This document shows, piece by piece, positions 47,231-62,432 of a stretch of DNA of 64,000 nucleotides; position 1 is the first letter of the stretch, and the number at the start of each line of letters is the position of its first letter. A program made the position numbers and the translations under genes. The notes below the pieces were generated by a model, which saw only the letters and a list, made by a program, of their open reading frames with translations, was not told where the DNA came from and ran no database searches. The DNA is from Chrysomallon squamiferum (lineage: Eukaryota; Animalia; Mollusca), in assembly GCA_012295275.1 (NCBI GenBank), contig CM022673.1, positions 9,548,001 to 9,612,000 on the forward strand. Direction: 5' to 3'.

Positions 47231-50146
47231 ATGCCTGCAGGCCACCATGTGTACAACTCACCATTCACAACAAACATAGACAACTCATTTAACACAGATG
47301 AATCAGCAGCCAGCATTCTTAAATCAGTTAAAGAACAGGTGAGTACAAGTTCAGAGACACTGTAAAAACTGTCCCTCTGTTGTTTGTTTGTTTTCATTCC
47401 GTACAGAACAAAAGAAAAAGTCAGCTATCATGGAGTATTTGTTCACATTGTTTTGTTGGGAAACTCTTTACAAAGACATCATGCAATAAAAACAAGGTAA
47501 AATCCACAGAAGACATTCTTATCTGGAACTGCTGATGGTCTGGATTTTCATGTCATTGACTTGTATTTTTATGCCAGTATTGTAATGAAAAGAAGACCTT
47601 TTATTTGCAAATGCACATGACACCATCTTGCTTTTCGTGTCAGTGACTTGTATCTTGAGACAAATATTATCATTTCACAGTTGAACAAATTTCTTGATCT
47701 CTTTTATTTCATTCTGCATACCGTGATATCATGAAATACATATTTATTACTAAACAGATATGTAAGGATAACATGCAGTATTCATTTACATGTATATGAA
47801 AACTGATGACAGTTGATGGAATAGTTCACATATTTTTGAATGATAAGAATTCTTTTCTTTCATATGTTCATTTAGTTTCCCCATTTTTTTTTTTTAGGTT
47901 ACATTCTCCTTACTCCATCTGAATTCCAGTGTCCCAGTTCATTTTTGCAATTGTTTTTAAACTGTAAATAATTTGAATTTTCAGTGCACAATGAATAAAA
48001 GCATTATTAGTTATCTTTATCACCCGTTCAGAAATTCCCTTTGCCTCTGTATTTCCTACTCGGCAACCCCAGGTACCTATTCACTCTATATTCTTTCATT
48101 CAGTTGACAGATTAGTTTGCCTGTAAACATAAAATTATTTTACACTCCCTTTTTCCAGCAGAAATAACACCATAACAAAATAGCTGAATATTTGAAATAG
48201 TTAGCTTAAAATAGCATTTACATTTGCTATTAAACATGCTTGTTATTTTGTTGCAGTTAAAATAATTGTTGTCTTTGTTCGTATTCATTCATCCGATAAT
48301 GATAAATAGTTTATTCCTTAAATTTACATTAAACATTATCCCAGACCAATCACTGAAGCAATCATTAAACAAACAAAAATTACATCTACTTATCTCAGCT
48401 GACAGGGTAATTACTGAAATAAGCCATGATGGCAGAAAGAACATCTGCCTTGTTAAATTACTTTTACACTGTTAGTCAAGAAGAAACCACCAAAATGGCC
48501 ATTTAGCTGACCAGCAAACTGAAGCCCTGGAGAAAGCCTATAGATCCAGATGCCAAGTATCTTGAATGATACTGTTTAGAATACCCCTTGAACTGTCTGG
48601 GAGTAATCAGATTTTCAAGTTAAAAATGCATCCAGCACACAGTTTGTGTTGCATTGATCTGGCTGGTGGAGAGATCTGCTGAACGACTTCGGCCTGTATC
48701 ATTAGCAAGTAGATGTTTGTTGTTTATTAGTTGCAAGGTAAAAATGTTAGTGCTAATTAAATTTTCATGGATGTGCTAAAGCATATGTAACATGTATGGA
48801 GAAGCAATTAATATGAAGGTTTTCCTGTGTAGCTTTGCTAAACGAAGCTAATACTTTATGACATAATCTTTGGCATCTGTGGATCATCTTGTTCACAGTT
48901 GCATAACCTTGAGTTTGATGCATGCACGAATTTATTACCGTAATGGCTTTTTAACACCAGTTAGGAAGTGTATTTGAACTATACAGATTTTTAATAACCA
49001 ATAAGAAAGGTGTGGAGAATGTTTGGGCTGTGAGCCATTCAGTGTCAGGGTACTTGTCTCAAGTGATAGGTTCAAGGATCAATGATTTTCAGTAGACCCT
49101 TTGGGCAACAGTCTGTTACATCTGGCTGTGTGAAAATAAATAGTGTTTATTTTCCTTCTGTGTGTGTGTGTGTGTGTGTGTGTTGTGTGTTCAGTAACAG
49201 CAATCATTTTATGACAGAACAGAAATTTTCACAAGATATCCATTTTAAAAATGACTGTACTAAATACACAGAATTATTTACATAAATCAAACCATCCATT
49301 CACTTGATACAAGTTCAATATATGTCTACAATATTTAATGTGAAACTTGACCTTTAAACTGATAAAGAGATCTGCAATCTGAATTCCAGCCTTTTAACAA
49401 CGTGACTGTTGACTGAATAATTACTTTTCATTAGATAATTAAAACTGACTTTAACAAGGTCGGCAGACAATGGACGAAGCTATGTTTATAATTAATCTGC
49501 AAATGACTACAGCGGAATAGCAGTTTTCAGGATTATCAATTATTTATGTTGCATGCTAGAACTAATCTGTATACATGTCTGTTGCTCATCAGAATCTCTT
49601 TGTTTAGTCCTTTCTGCTCATTTACTTGTCAGCTGAGCATAGATTTATACATCAGCTCTGCTTGTCAGGATCTGCTTGATGATGGAGCAAACAGAATTGG
49701 CATTATTTGTCAAGACTAAATAGGAACTTTGATAGACTTGCTACACTTGAAACCAATAATGATCATGATTTATTTTTTAATTTTGCTGTTATTTATTTAT
49801 TTTTAATTATTTAATAATTATCTATTTACAGTAATAATAATAATAATAAAATAATAATAATAATAATAATAATAAAATAGCAACACTAATATATGTAGTA
49901 TTAATTTTTTAAAATTATTATTTAATATTATTCCAAGAATTGTGTATTACCAGTTCAATATATGAATTCAATTCTGTTTCTTAGCTGTTTAAAATTAAAG
50001 AAAAATAATCAGATGCATATTTTCCTATTTGATACTATATTGAAATATTCTCAGTTGATATTTACACCCTTTACATAACTTGAAAGCCTACATTAAAACT
50101 GTTTCAAGTCATGCCTAAGAAATCTTTTCAAGATTGTGCAGCTGCT

Positions 50147-50188
<42 letters not shown>

Positions 50189-51658
50189 AAATAATAATAA
50201 TAATAATCCTCCATAAATAGCCTTTCAAATGCATGGCCCCATGTCCATGGTATTAACCCACAGAACAAAAGAAGTTTCATGTTAGTGCAACTGTCTCACC
50301 TTGTGAGTCAAAACAGAGAATTCTTTTATTCCTGTCCTTTTACATAAGCTAGTGTTGGAGGTATTGTGTTTCCTGATAAAGGAACTGCATAGCTCTACCA
50401 CTTCTATAGGATAATAATAATAAATAGTTCATGTTCTTCAAAGCTATAAAGAATTGCATAACTTTAAAAAAAAAAAAAAAAAGTATTGTGTTTTTGTGTG
50501 TACGTGTGTGCATTATCCATCTCAAATAATCACCACTATGTGAAATAATAACTTTTTGCAGCAATTTATAAACCTACTCTGGATTAAGTAATGTAATTAA
50601 GAAGTAATGATTTCTGTGGCATTTTCATGCAAAGGATCTAAAATCATCTATTACAGTATTTAACATTACATACACAAACCCATCAAAGCAAAAGTACATT
50701 TGTAAATTTCTTTTTAACCTACTCAGAAACAGTAATTTTTTTTTTTTTTTTTATCTAATTTACATTTTATTCCTTTCTTTGAAAAAGAACATAAAGAACA
50801 CCCACCAATTTTATCAAAAAAAAAACCAAAACCAAAATTAAATTTAGCCTTTTCTCAATATATTAATAAATAAATGCAAGTGTCATTTCTCAGCATCCCG
50901 TTATTATAATTACATTACATCCACGTTTTCCAATTTGTGTGAAGAGCCTTTGGCAAGTCTAAGCAGCAGATTCTTGACTGCAGCATCATGGCTATTGTTT
51001 CTAGAAGATGCCACTGCACTGTCACAAGTGGAAGTGTCAGATGGCAGATTCTCTGGAAGTCGGAGATAATTAGCATTTCCCTGTTAGAACTGTCATTAGT
51101 GGTCATTCCTGTAGCTAACTGGTCTTGGAGAGAGATTTTTTTTTTAATGTTTTCTCAGTGTACTTTTTTATATATCAGTTTATTTCTTTTTATCCAGCTT
51201 CTGTTTAAAATTGTTTAAAATAATCCTTATTATAATGACAAAAAAAAAAAAAAAAAAAAAAAATCAAGGCAGACAAAATAACAAAAATAACATTAAAACA
51301 AACAACTAAGACTGATATTAAATATAAGTATGGCCCTCTAAATATTCATAAAAAGAATAGATTTTTTAAAATATTGTTTTACTTTATTATTATTATATTT
51401 TTTTTTTTAAAGAAGAAGAAGAAGAAAGTGATTTTCATGAAAATCTAGTCATGTTTATTTAATACCAGTCTTGTTTTTATTTTGTTTGTTTGCTTGTTTT
51501 ATTATTGTTGTTGTTGCTATTATTATTATTTTTAATTTATTCACTTATTTATATTTTTTTGTTGTTTCAGCTGATGAAATACGAATTTTTTTATAAAAAG
51601 AATATTCAGGCTGAGTCATGTTTTTGTTTCATTGTTGTCATGGGAACTCTTAATAACA

Positions 51659-51690
<32 letters not shown>

Positions 51691-53400
51691 TATCAGCCTG
51701 CATTTTGAAGACTTAAACTGGTGTTTTAATGGATTTATTTGGTGAAAATATAATGATTATAATTTGGTTTATGTTACAGTAACTCAATATTTGTCTTAAA
51801 ACTATTTGAAAATACAATTCAGTCTGGTAAGAAAAACTTGCTGACTGAGCAATATATTTCAAACAGCACTTTGGAATTATCAAAGCTGAATTAACAATAT
51901 GTAATCAACTTTGTTCTGTGTGTTATAAAAAAGATAAAAGAAAAAAGAAAAATCCTCTACAAAAGGGGATTATTTTTATGGTTGGCTGCATTAGTGTCTG
52001 CTGACTTCATTTTGTCCTAGATAACTGAGCTAAGCATTGAGGTGATTTGATTTCAAGTCTGGAGGCTAGGCAACTTCAGCTAGTCTCCAGAGATTGCTGA
52101 GATTTTCATGCAAGTCAAATATCTTACCCCAGGACTTGATGGTAGCTTAATGAGCCCATGGGATTAACCCTTTATTTTCAGTTTTGTTTTCAAAACTGGT
52201 GGGAGATTTGCAAATGGACAATTAATGACGATCTTGCGGATTTACCGATAATCCAGAGATAAATAAAAATTAACTCTTTCAGACAAAAACCAGTGTTTCT
52301 GTAGTGTAATGATGCCAGTCATTTAATAATTTCATGCTTTGCCTTATTATGGGATTTTTCATTTGCAGAGCTGATTGGTTGATATTTTTAGGCCAGAACC
52401 TGAATATGAAATACTTGGAATATTCATACCAAATTTGCAACAGCATTTTGGTTCAGTAGAGATCATTATGCATTGCAATCTCAGTGGGTTAATGTGTAAT
52501 TAGGTATTTTTAACAAGCATAAGCACTTTGTTCCATGACGTAATTGACTGCATGATCAATGAAGTGAAATAGGAATAAAATTTTATATGACAAATTGCTT
52601 AATGGTACCTTTGAATCTTTTAAAAAAAATTTGATGTTACTTGTCAGGCATGTTCTTGTGTATAGATAATATATTAAAGGAAACCCCTTCAACTACACAC
52701 TGTTAACTAATGTTTTGGATTAGCAACAAGAATTATTTTTACATACACCTTCTGATCCCTTTGCCTGATACATGTACATCCATATAAAATGAGTTATTTT
52801 TTTTTTTGAATGGATCTTCAGAAAACTGATTAGTTCTTCTACTTAAAGGATTTCATTTCATTGACCTGTGCAAATTTGTTCAAACTTAAAACCACTAGGA
52901 GCAATTTGTCAATGCAAGGAATTGCATAATGTTATATGACGATGTAAATGGATTTTCATTTCAATTGGGCCTCCAGCTAAATGTAAATAACCCTAGTCCA
53001 GTCCAAAATCCATCGATCTCATGTGTGGACTGTTTTATTACCCAAACCTTTAGGTCAAACTGCCCTGCTGGAGAAACATGTAGCCATCAAGTGGTGACTT
53101 TATTGCAGTGGGTTGGCAGTAAATGCTCCCCAGAGCGTGTCATACAACAGTAAAAATGTTTCCTCTGAGGAAACAATAATATTTATTCCTTGTTATTAAT
53201 GGAGGAAACCTGCAATTGTAAATGTGCACTTTATTCCTTTCTTTTGACCTGACCGAAGGAGATAAATAATATCTGTTATTAGGAATGACATGTTAGTACG
53301 ATTTGTTCTTTGATTGAGTTAAGAGATATGAAGTAATTAGTATATTATTTTACACATTTGAGATAATAAGATTATTGATAGATATAAAATTGAAATTGAC

Positions 53401-53437
<37 letters not shown>

Positions 53438-53834
53438 ATTAGAGAGAGAATATTGCAAATTGAAATTGATAGTACATTTTACTATTTGACAGTTTATTGT
53501 AATAATAATATTTGCTTTCAAAGAATAAGTATTTCTTATATCAAGAACATTGACTGATAGATTGGTAGATTTTAATATCATAAACTCTAATATATATTAA
53601 TTTTATAATTATTGTTCTGAAGATGTATTTTCAAATGTTCATTAGGAAAACATAAATATTTCATTACTTGCTTTATTAATTTACATTTTGCAAATCTCAA
53701 GTGAATTATTTTTGTTAATATTGGTAAATACACATGTATGCTTATTATACCCACACTCAAAATACACTAAAATCTTATCAACAAACAGTTTTCTTATCTG
53801 AGATATTTATTTATTTAATATTTATTTATTTATT

Positions 53835-53902
<68 letters not shown>

Positions 53903-54156
53903 GGTACAGTTAATATTTTTTTACTTACATTTTTTTTTTATTACTGACATAATTATTTATTCATTCATTTAAAATAAAGATTGACCTAGACACACACATA
54001 TTCAGATAAGACAAAAACAATAACCATATACTGAATGTCATATTGATATTTTTATTAAAATCTAATTTTCCTTTTTGAATACCAGGGAAATAACAAAAAA
54101 CAATTTTCTTACATATTTATATATTTATTAAGTATTTATTTATTTATTTATTTATT

Positions 54157-54239
<83 letters not shown>

Positions 54240-54536
54240 TTTTATTGACTTTATTTTTATTTTTTTTGTACTGCATCTCGGTTACAACTGATTTGATTAT
54301 TAAACATAGTTATCTGTCTCTTATTTCATCAAACCAGAAACACATCTACACACACCTCATATTCAGATAAGATAAACAAAAAGAACTCAAAACCATGCAA
54401 CATACTTTCGTAATTTTTCCAAATGACTGTTTATTAAAATCTGTTTCTCCTTTCTCTATACCAGGAAGCCCACTTTGAACATCTGACTCGGAAACTTGAA
54501 GCTGAGAGAGAGATCGTAGCCAGCAAGTTAGAGAGG
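47231..54536 (+). CDS. CTNND2: Delta-catenin / plakophilin-4 (p120 family), N-terminal coding exons 47231-47338 and 54465-54536; the gene continues beyond the window
   Basis: MPAG...ESAASILKSVKEQ|EAHFEHLTRKLEAEREIVASKLER matches the N-terminal coiled coil [32 protein letters not shown] of CTNND2/PKP4. Phase-0 GT-AG sites. No armadillo exons found in the window, and the symbol is at family level. Confidence 0.9.
54133..54234. repeat. (TTTA)n followed by a ~75-nt poly-T run
   Basis: Read directly from the sequence. Confidence 0.9.
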
Positions 54537-56699
54537 GTATGTACACCTGCACTATTTTTAACATCATCTTCTTTAATCTCACTTTACCCATATCGTTTTC
54601 ATAAGCTCACGTAACCAAAAATGATAAACAATAAAAGAAGTTATTTGTATTTACATTCTTGTACGTTAAAGGGGTGAAAACTTTATATGATACTTTGGTT
54701 TGAAGGAAGTATTTGAATGTGTCCATAAATTCAAGAAGAAAAAAAACTTGTAAAATCTTTTATGTAATTTAGAAAAAATCTTTATAGTTATTGTGGCCGA
54801 CCTCTGTTTGCACACAAAAACGCCCCATCATAGAGGCAAAAGTGGAACTGGCTGTTTCGTTTATAGAAATAACTACTTAGTAAACAGCAACAACAACATC
54901 ATTAACACTAAAACAACAACAGCATTAACTATAACAACAATAACAATAGTTGCTTTATTTCTGGAAATTAGTTTACTGTTTCTTGTCAAATGAATTTTAA
55001 AAAAAAATCTACTTTTATTTATAATTCTGCTGTGAATCGTTCTGGCCAACATCTTTTTTTAAATTATTTCCCTTCAAAATCCTTGGCTTTGTTTCCCTTC
55101 TCTTTACTAGGATTTGTTGACCTTTTTTTTTTTTTTTTACCAAGCATTTTTAAAGCATCTCTTAACTTCTGCACTTATCTTATCATTCTAACATTCCTCT
55201 ATAGCAAGTGTGTGTCGGACATTTTCTATTTTTTACTTCTGTCCATGAGTCATCAAACTCAATGGAATTTAGCAAGGTTTTTTTTTGTTTATCTGTCTTT
55301 CTCTCTTTAATAATTTTAAACATTTTTTTTTATTGTTTTCTTTCTCATACAATTATTTTTTTAGCCTAAGTTAGCATACACAGCTAAAACTACTGCAGTT
55401 GTCTTGTATTGCCTTCCACAGTCATTTTCTGTCATTCAGTGTCTTTTGTTTGTGTTTTGGCTTGTTCTACCTGACTAGGTCGACTTGTGTGTTGGCAGTT
55501 TGCCTATAAACAGTTAGGTGTGTGTGTAGCCCATTGTTGGAACATTTTCGTGGTGACACCTCTACTAGGGAGTGTTGGGAACTCGAAACTGGGTCATAGT
55601 TATTTTAAACCAAGCTTTTTCTTTTCTTTGTTTGTGTGTGTAGATAAAGTGTATGCTTATCTTGAATAAAAGGGAGCTGGATTCTTGCGTATCTTATTGG
55701 TTTAGTGGAAGTGGTCTTTACTGTTAAATAGATTTCATTTTGTTTATTAGCTGTAATTTACTTTGTGTGTAATTAATTTTTTATTTATTTTTATTATTTT
55801 TATTTAATTACTTTTTAATTATTTTTATTTATCTAATTTCTTTTTAGTTATTTTTATTTATGTATTTTCTTTTTAATTATTTTTCATTTTTGTATTTACT
55901 TTTTTATTTTTATTTTTATTTTTGTTTCTTGTATTTGTTTATAAATACAGAGTATTTCAAAAAATTATTTTGTTTATTTATTTATTTATTTATTTACCCA
56001 GCATTAAAATATTTTTGATACCTGTTGCATATATAAATAATTAATTATTCTGTTACTGTTTTGTTTTGTTTCCTGTTTGCTTAATAAATATGGGAATCTT
56101 TATATCAGAATGATGTACTGTGACAATATCACTGTGAATAAAGTCTAAATTTATACCATGTAACTGAATCTCCAAAAAATTTAAATTTTAAAACTTAGAT
56201 GTTAATGTGCTTTGTCTTTCTTATCGATCATTTTTATTCATCATATAGAGAGAATGCTTTTTATCATTATTATTTATTTTCTGGATATTAAATATAGGCT
56301 GTCTGCATGGATAATAGTCTGGTAGACTGAACTGATGTGCTTTGTGGGTTATATCAAACTGAATCAATATTTTGCAGTTTATTCAACATATACTGCAACC
56401 CCCCTGGGATGTTGTATGTTGGAATAAATTGCAGATGGTGTGTATGAAACAGCTGATAAATAGACGTGTTAAAAGAACTCAATGGTTTTTTTCATTCATT
56501 GTAGATATATTGTTGTTTTACTGGTTGTAAAAACCAAAACTGATCTGAAACAGCAATTTAAAAAAATGAAATTTTCAACTTGTATAGTAGAGTGAAAGAA
56601 AGTCGAAAAGCTTTAAATGTCCATTCTCAAAACTAGATACGGTAGATTTGATGTTAATGCAGTAACATATGTAAATTTATTATTTTTATATTAAACCAT

Positions 56700-56728
56700 A
56701 ATAAAAAATAATAATAATAATAATAATA

Positions 56729-56767
<39 letters not shown>

Positions 56768-56770
56768 CAT

Positions 56771-56818
<48 letters not shown>

Positions 56819-56820
56819 AA
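56700..56820. repeat. (AAT)n-(CAT)n compound microsatellite; other AAT/TTA tracts at ~32325, 36081, 36442, 36820, 53845, 60348
   Basis: Read directly from the sequence. Confidence 0.9.
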
Positions 56821-59249
56821 TCGTAATTTGACTGCTAGCAGTAGTAGTAATAGTAGTAGTAATAATTTCTGTTTACACACACATATGTATACATTATGAA
56901 ATGCCAAGTGGTATGTTTGACATACACTAAATGTTGAGTTTATTTTCTGTGTGTGAAAAACCTATGTAAAACAATACACACCTCTGGTAACCAGACATGA
57001 TCTTTACATACATACACATACACATACATACATACATACATACATACAGCATCTGTTTCGAGAATGCATCAAGATGTTTATTTCATTACCGCTCTGTAGA
57101 ATGAATATCACAACTCTGTAAAGATCAAAGTACACGTAACATATAAATCTGTTAACATATCTTTTTTTTTTCCTGAACCACTAGTTTCTGAAACTTGCTT
57201 CAAGATTGTTAGCTTGCAGGAAATGGTGTCTGGTACATAAAACTGAACACCAAAGTATTAAATCAGAATTTCTTTTTTCAATGGTTATTTGTTTTCTTAA
57301 ATATTACTAGTAACTAGAAGCCATTAAAAGTTGTTTTAATAGCAGTGTGAATATTTGAATAACAGTAGCTAGATTTTAATTAATTTATTAAAATATGTAT
57401 TTACTTGCTTATTTATTTATTTATTTATTTCCTTCAGTCTATATTTTTTCAAAATCGTCTTGGCTTCCTGTGTTAATATTTTCACTTAACAGGATATTTC
57501 ACATTTTGATTGATAACTCTGCCCACAGCCAGTGATGTAAAATATCTCACATATGTTTTTTTTCTAAATGTGTATGTATGTATAGTCCCAAATGTAGCAT
57601 GTACTGAACCAGAGGTCAAATAGATGAAATAGCTGACACATTATGCACTGATTAGTCATAACAGGTAGACAGAGGTGGAGCAGGTATGTGTTGTGCTAGT
57701 CCTGTTGTTGTTGTTGTTGTTATTGTTGTGTGGCTGGATTTGTGCTCTGTAATGTTATATGCAGTGTGGGAGACTGAGAAAGTTTTAATGCATTCTAGTC
57801 AGGAATGAAAGAAAGCATTCATTAGACACCCAATCCTGGGTTTCTCTGTCCTTTATCCAGGCAGCAGGATTAAGTTAGCAAGGTAAAGGATTAGCAACAG
57901 AAAAGAGTTGTAGAGACATTGCCTTGTAGCTTTACAGCTGACTTTGAGTTAAAGCCAATAACAACTACATGATACAGGTATCTAAAAGTATTATGCAAAA
58001 GGCTTAACCATCAATGTACTATAAAAATTATAATTATATGGCTTGGTTACATTTCAGCCAGGTCTTAGCATTTTATAAAATCAGCCATGGAATGTCTGGC
58101 CTATGTAATTTCATATTTGTTATGCAGGTGTAATCATAAAGATCAAAGATTGCCTGCCTGCCTTTTTATGTATCACTGGTTATCATTGAGTGTGTGCCCA
58201 TATCGGGACTTGATCTGAGTATCTGACTGCCTTAAGTCATGTAGCTTATCATGACATTATGACAGAGTTTTGTATATAATGTAAGTTTTGCTATCAACAT
58301 CACAGGGACCAACAGATCTCTTTCTTTCTATCTCCTGTTTTTGTTTCTGTTTGTATATACTTCTCTATTTACTCCAGGACATTTTGACAAGTTATTCATG
58401 CTTTTATCTGTTTAGGAAGCTCTTGGCATATTTCTAACCTGAGCCATGATTCTAAGCGATAAATTATCTTAGTAGGTGGCAAATATTATTAGATTTGTCG
58501 TAAGCATACAGTTGTTTTTGATACTTTGCCAGCACCATGCAAAAAAAGAACTAAATGTTAGTTTTCCTGGATATATAAAAATTACTATGTTAACCTTTTA
58601 TAATAATAGTGATTATGATGATCAAAAATTCTTTAAATAAATGGTTGATCTTTCTTATTTAAAAATAATCATTTGTGTGTATATGTGTGTGCATTTAAGA
58701 CTGAAATCTAAAACAGAGATACCATTTTATCCTAAATGTACACCTGTTATTCTGCATTAAAAAAAAAAAAAAAAAAAAAAAAAATAGTAATAAAATAATT
58801 AAAAAAACTAAATCACTAACCATTTCATTATAGTGATAATACTTCAACAGCTCAGAATTATAATAATCAGCTGTATGAAAGTAGAAAACAACACTCTTGT
58901 AGTTTTAAGTCTTCTTAATTTTCTCCACACCACTGTTTTTGTTAAGAGATCAAGTAATTTTAATAACATCATCACAAGCTGCCCTAGCGTGCTTTGTTAG
59001 CTTAGCAGAAAGAGCTCTAACGCTGCTAGCTTTTTGTTTTAGCCCACCTGGTGTAAAAAAAACAGAGGCTGAAAATGTTTAGGCAAAGCTCTTTTTAAGC
59101 CTTTTGTCTGCCCAAGTAATTGATAGCATTTAGCACTCTGTTGGCCTCTTGGGAAAGGACTTAGCTTCACAGTTCTGTCAGAGATGCTGCAGACTTAGTT
59201 TTTGCTGTTCTTTTTTCTCCTTGGAAACCAAAACAAGCTTATTGATGTG

Positions 59250-59281
<32 letters not shown>

Positions 59282-60346
59282 TTTTAATCATAGTTTGGTA
59301 TTGTCCTTTGCATTGTGATATTCTTTCTATTTTCAGCTTAGTTTGATGCATTCTGTTTTGATGCTGTTGCTCTTCCTCTTCTTTGTTGAGATGGTGCATT
59401 GATAGTTATTGATTTAATTGCATGTTTTAAACAGAACTCTACTTAATGCATACAAAGTAGGTCAGTCAGTTAAGGATGGTCAGTTTGATGAATGGATGCA
59501 TCTTTTTTTTTTTGGAAATACAGAATGTTAGAGCTTGTTTGAAAATAACAGAACATTATAAAGAGAATTCAACCTTTTTATATGTGCTAAAATTTATTTT
59601 AAAATAACTAAAAAAAGTTTAATTTTTAAAAAAAACAATAATACAATAACAATGATTTTAAAAAGAAAAAATAAATAAAAAAGGAAAAAAAATTTAAAAT
59701 TTAAAATTAACGCTACAGTAATAAGTGTCTAAATTAACCAAAGAAACCTGTTGCTAAGTGACGGAATGTTTCAGGATTTATCCATGATTTGCACTTCTTG
59801 TGCTCCATTTTGTTACAATTTTTAATTTTTTTTTAACATGTCTTTCTATGAAATTGTATAAAAAAGATTTCTTACTCTAAGTATGCTAATTTTCACAACC
59901 GACACCAAACTGTTAACATTGCAAAAGCAAATTCTTATTAATTCAAACTGTTATTAACACTTTCACAAAATTATTTTGAAGTGCTCTCAAACAGATATTC
60001 ATTTACTTGAATATACATTTAATATGCAGAATCAGTATCCAGATACTTATTGAAAAATCATCCAGATTTAATATGCAGGATCAGTTATCCAAAATACTAG
60101 ATACGTTTCAGATTTTGGCGATAGCCTGAGAAAAGGATTTAAGTCTAAATACAACATTCATTTACATTTCATACATAATTAATGGAGGCAGTCTGCAGAT
60201 ATCTTTATACAAAATATTTAATAGTTTTGTGCATGAATTTAGGTTAGTGCTGTCTTACTGTTTTCATAAACAATCTATGATGCTCAAAAATGCTGATATT
60301 TTGAATTTTTAGGATTTCAGAATTATAGATGAGGGATTCTAACCCT

Positions 60347-60403
<57 letters not shown>

Positions 60404-61230
60404 TGTGGGCTGTACATTAAACTTATTATGAAGTATCACCTAACAGCTATTTATCAACATATAAATGTAACAGCTTACTTTACAAATCCAGAACTACAAA
60501 AATATATAACTCAGATACAAAAATTAAAAATAAAGAAGAAAATACTTTAAAAGTATTTTTGAAGTGTTGTTAAATATTTATTCATCTATGTTAATTAATG
60601 TACCCTTCAGTTCCTAAACCCAGGGCTTCAAAGAAAATTATTCATCTGTGAAAATAAGAAATAAAGAAAAGAAAAAAATGTAAAAAGGAAAATCTATTTG
60701 TTTAAAAACCACATTCAGCCATACTGCAGGTCAACACAAAACTCATTTTAGAAAGATTTCCATGTCATCACAGAAGTGTCTGTTCACAGAACATTCTTTT
60801 CAGGTGTTTTGTAGTTTTCCACATCACAGTTTTACCTGGGCTATTGTTAACAGGTGTGATATGGTGTCACCTGTAGAAATAACTGAAATTTCTATTTTAA
60901 ATAATGGAGATCCATTTCTATGTTTGAAAAAGAATTACTTAATTTATTGTTATTTTTATATTATTTTTTATTATTATCTGATGGTTGTAGAAATATATTC
61001 AATTAAAGTTGCTTTTTTTTAACAATTCATTTTTTTTTTTTATAGAAAAAAGTAAGATAATAGCATGTAATTTTAAATCTCAGGGCTTCACATGCCAAAA
61101 TATTTTCAAATTATTTTTTTGTATCAAAGGATATAAAAATGCCAAGGGTAATGTTACACAATGAAAATAAAAGTGTTTTAAAATATTTTTATTTTATCAT
61201 ATTAAAGTGCATATCAGAATGAAATTTCAG

Positions 61231-61430
61231 GCAATTTCAGGCAGAACTCCATAACTGGTTTATCAAAGGTCGTGTTATTTTTGTTAGAGCAGCATTTTTA
61301 AATTATCCCTTGCTGATCATAAAACATATGAAGCAGCAACAGTAAAATTGCTTTTATGAGATTGGCATCATACATAAAACATGTCTGATATCCAGTAATT
61401 GTAACTATTAAGATACATTGTCGTGTATTT
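61231..61430 (+). mobile_element. Degenerate SINE copy
   Basis: ACTGGTTTATCAAAGGTCGTG...ATCCCTTGCTG...ATGTCTGA shares a core with other copies in the window and resembles a gastropod tRNA-SINE as I recall it. Confidence 0.55.
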
Positions 61431-62340
61431 AATCATTAATTTAATACCATTACATCTGATATTTTGTATAACAGTCCCTTTATTTCATGCTGTGACATAA
61501 TTATATGTCTTTTTAGTTCTGTTTGATAGTTTATATTTGCTTCTCATGCAAGCATATTCAGAAGAATTATATCAACAGAAACCCAGGTCTTTTGGTTCAT
61601 GCACCAAACTAATGGGACAGACTTACTATAATAATTATTTAAAAGTAACCTAGATAAGTGAATTAAGAATCGGGCACAGTCTGGGAATGATAGTATATAA
61701 TTCCAGAATGTCGTGCTTCAGTGAACATTAATATCTACTTAAATGATTGCTTTGTGTATGAGTGGGTACTTTACTAAATCACATTTACCTGCCAGGATAA
61801 GAGTGGGTTGCAAGACCTTTAATTAATTCACCTGTGTGTACACCTGGAAGATGCAGGCTGGGAAATCTATTCCTGTTCCACCCATAATATAAATCTGGTT
61901 ATAACCAAAAAATATTAATAATACAAACAAAAAATATATATATATATATGTATATATTTTTAATATCAAAAAAATAAAATAGTCGACTTTGTATATTACT
62001 TTGAATAAACTGAGATGTGTTAACAAAAGTAATTAGGTAAATAAATAAATTTATACAGTTACTGATACAACTAATTTTAATACTGTTAATATTAGTATAA
62101 ATTAATAATTACTGTGTTAATCTTATTTACAAGTATTTAACTAAAGTTTTTTTTGTAATAAAACCTCTTATCACAAGCTGTACCCCCACCACCACCACTA
62201 CCAATGCTGCCACTTTTCCAACAACTGCTGCTACTAATACTATTACTACTAACTACTATTACTACTGCTAATAAATAACTGCATTATTAAGTGGTAATTT
62301 CTTTTGTAAAATCATAATGCAAGAGAAGAAATCAGTTAGT

Positions 62341-62432
62341 TGGGTTACTCTTTAGAGATTAGGAGTAAGAATTATGTTACGTTTGCTTTTCCCATATTAA
62401 GGATTTCACATACTGACCTACTTCATGCCAGA
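62341..62432 (-). mobile_element. Degenerate SINE fragment
   Basis: TGGGTTACTCTTTAGAGATTAGGAGTAAG...TTCCCATA...CACATAC is reverse-complement similar to the copy at 40458 and direct-similar to the copy at 21283. Confidence 0.45.
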
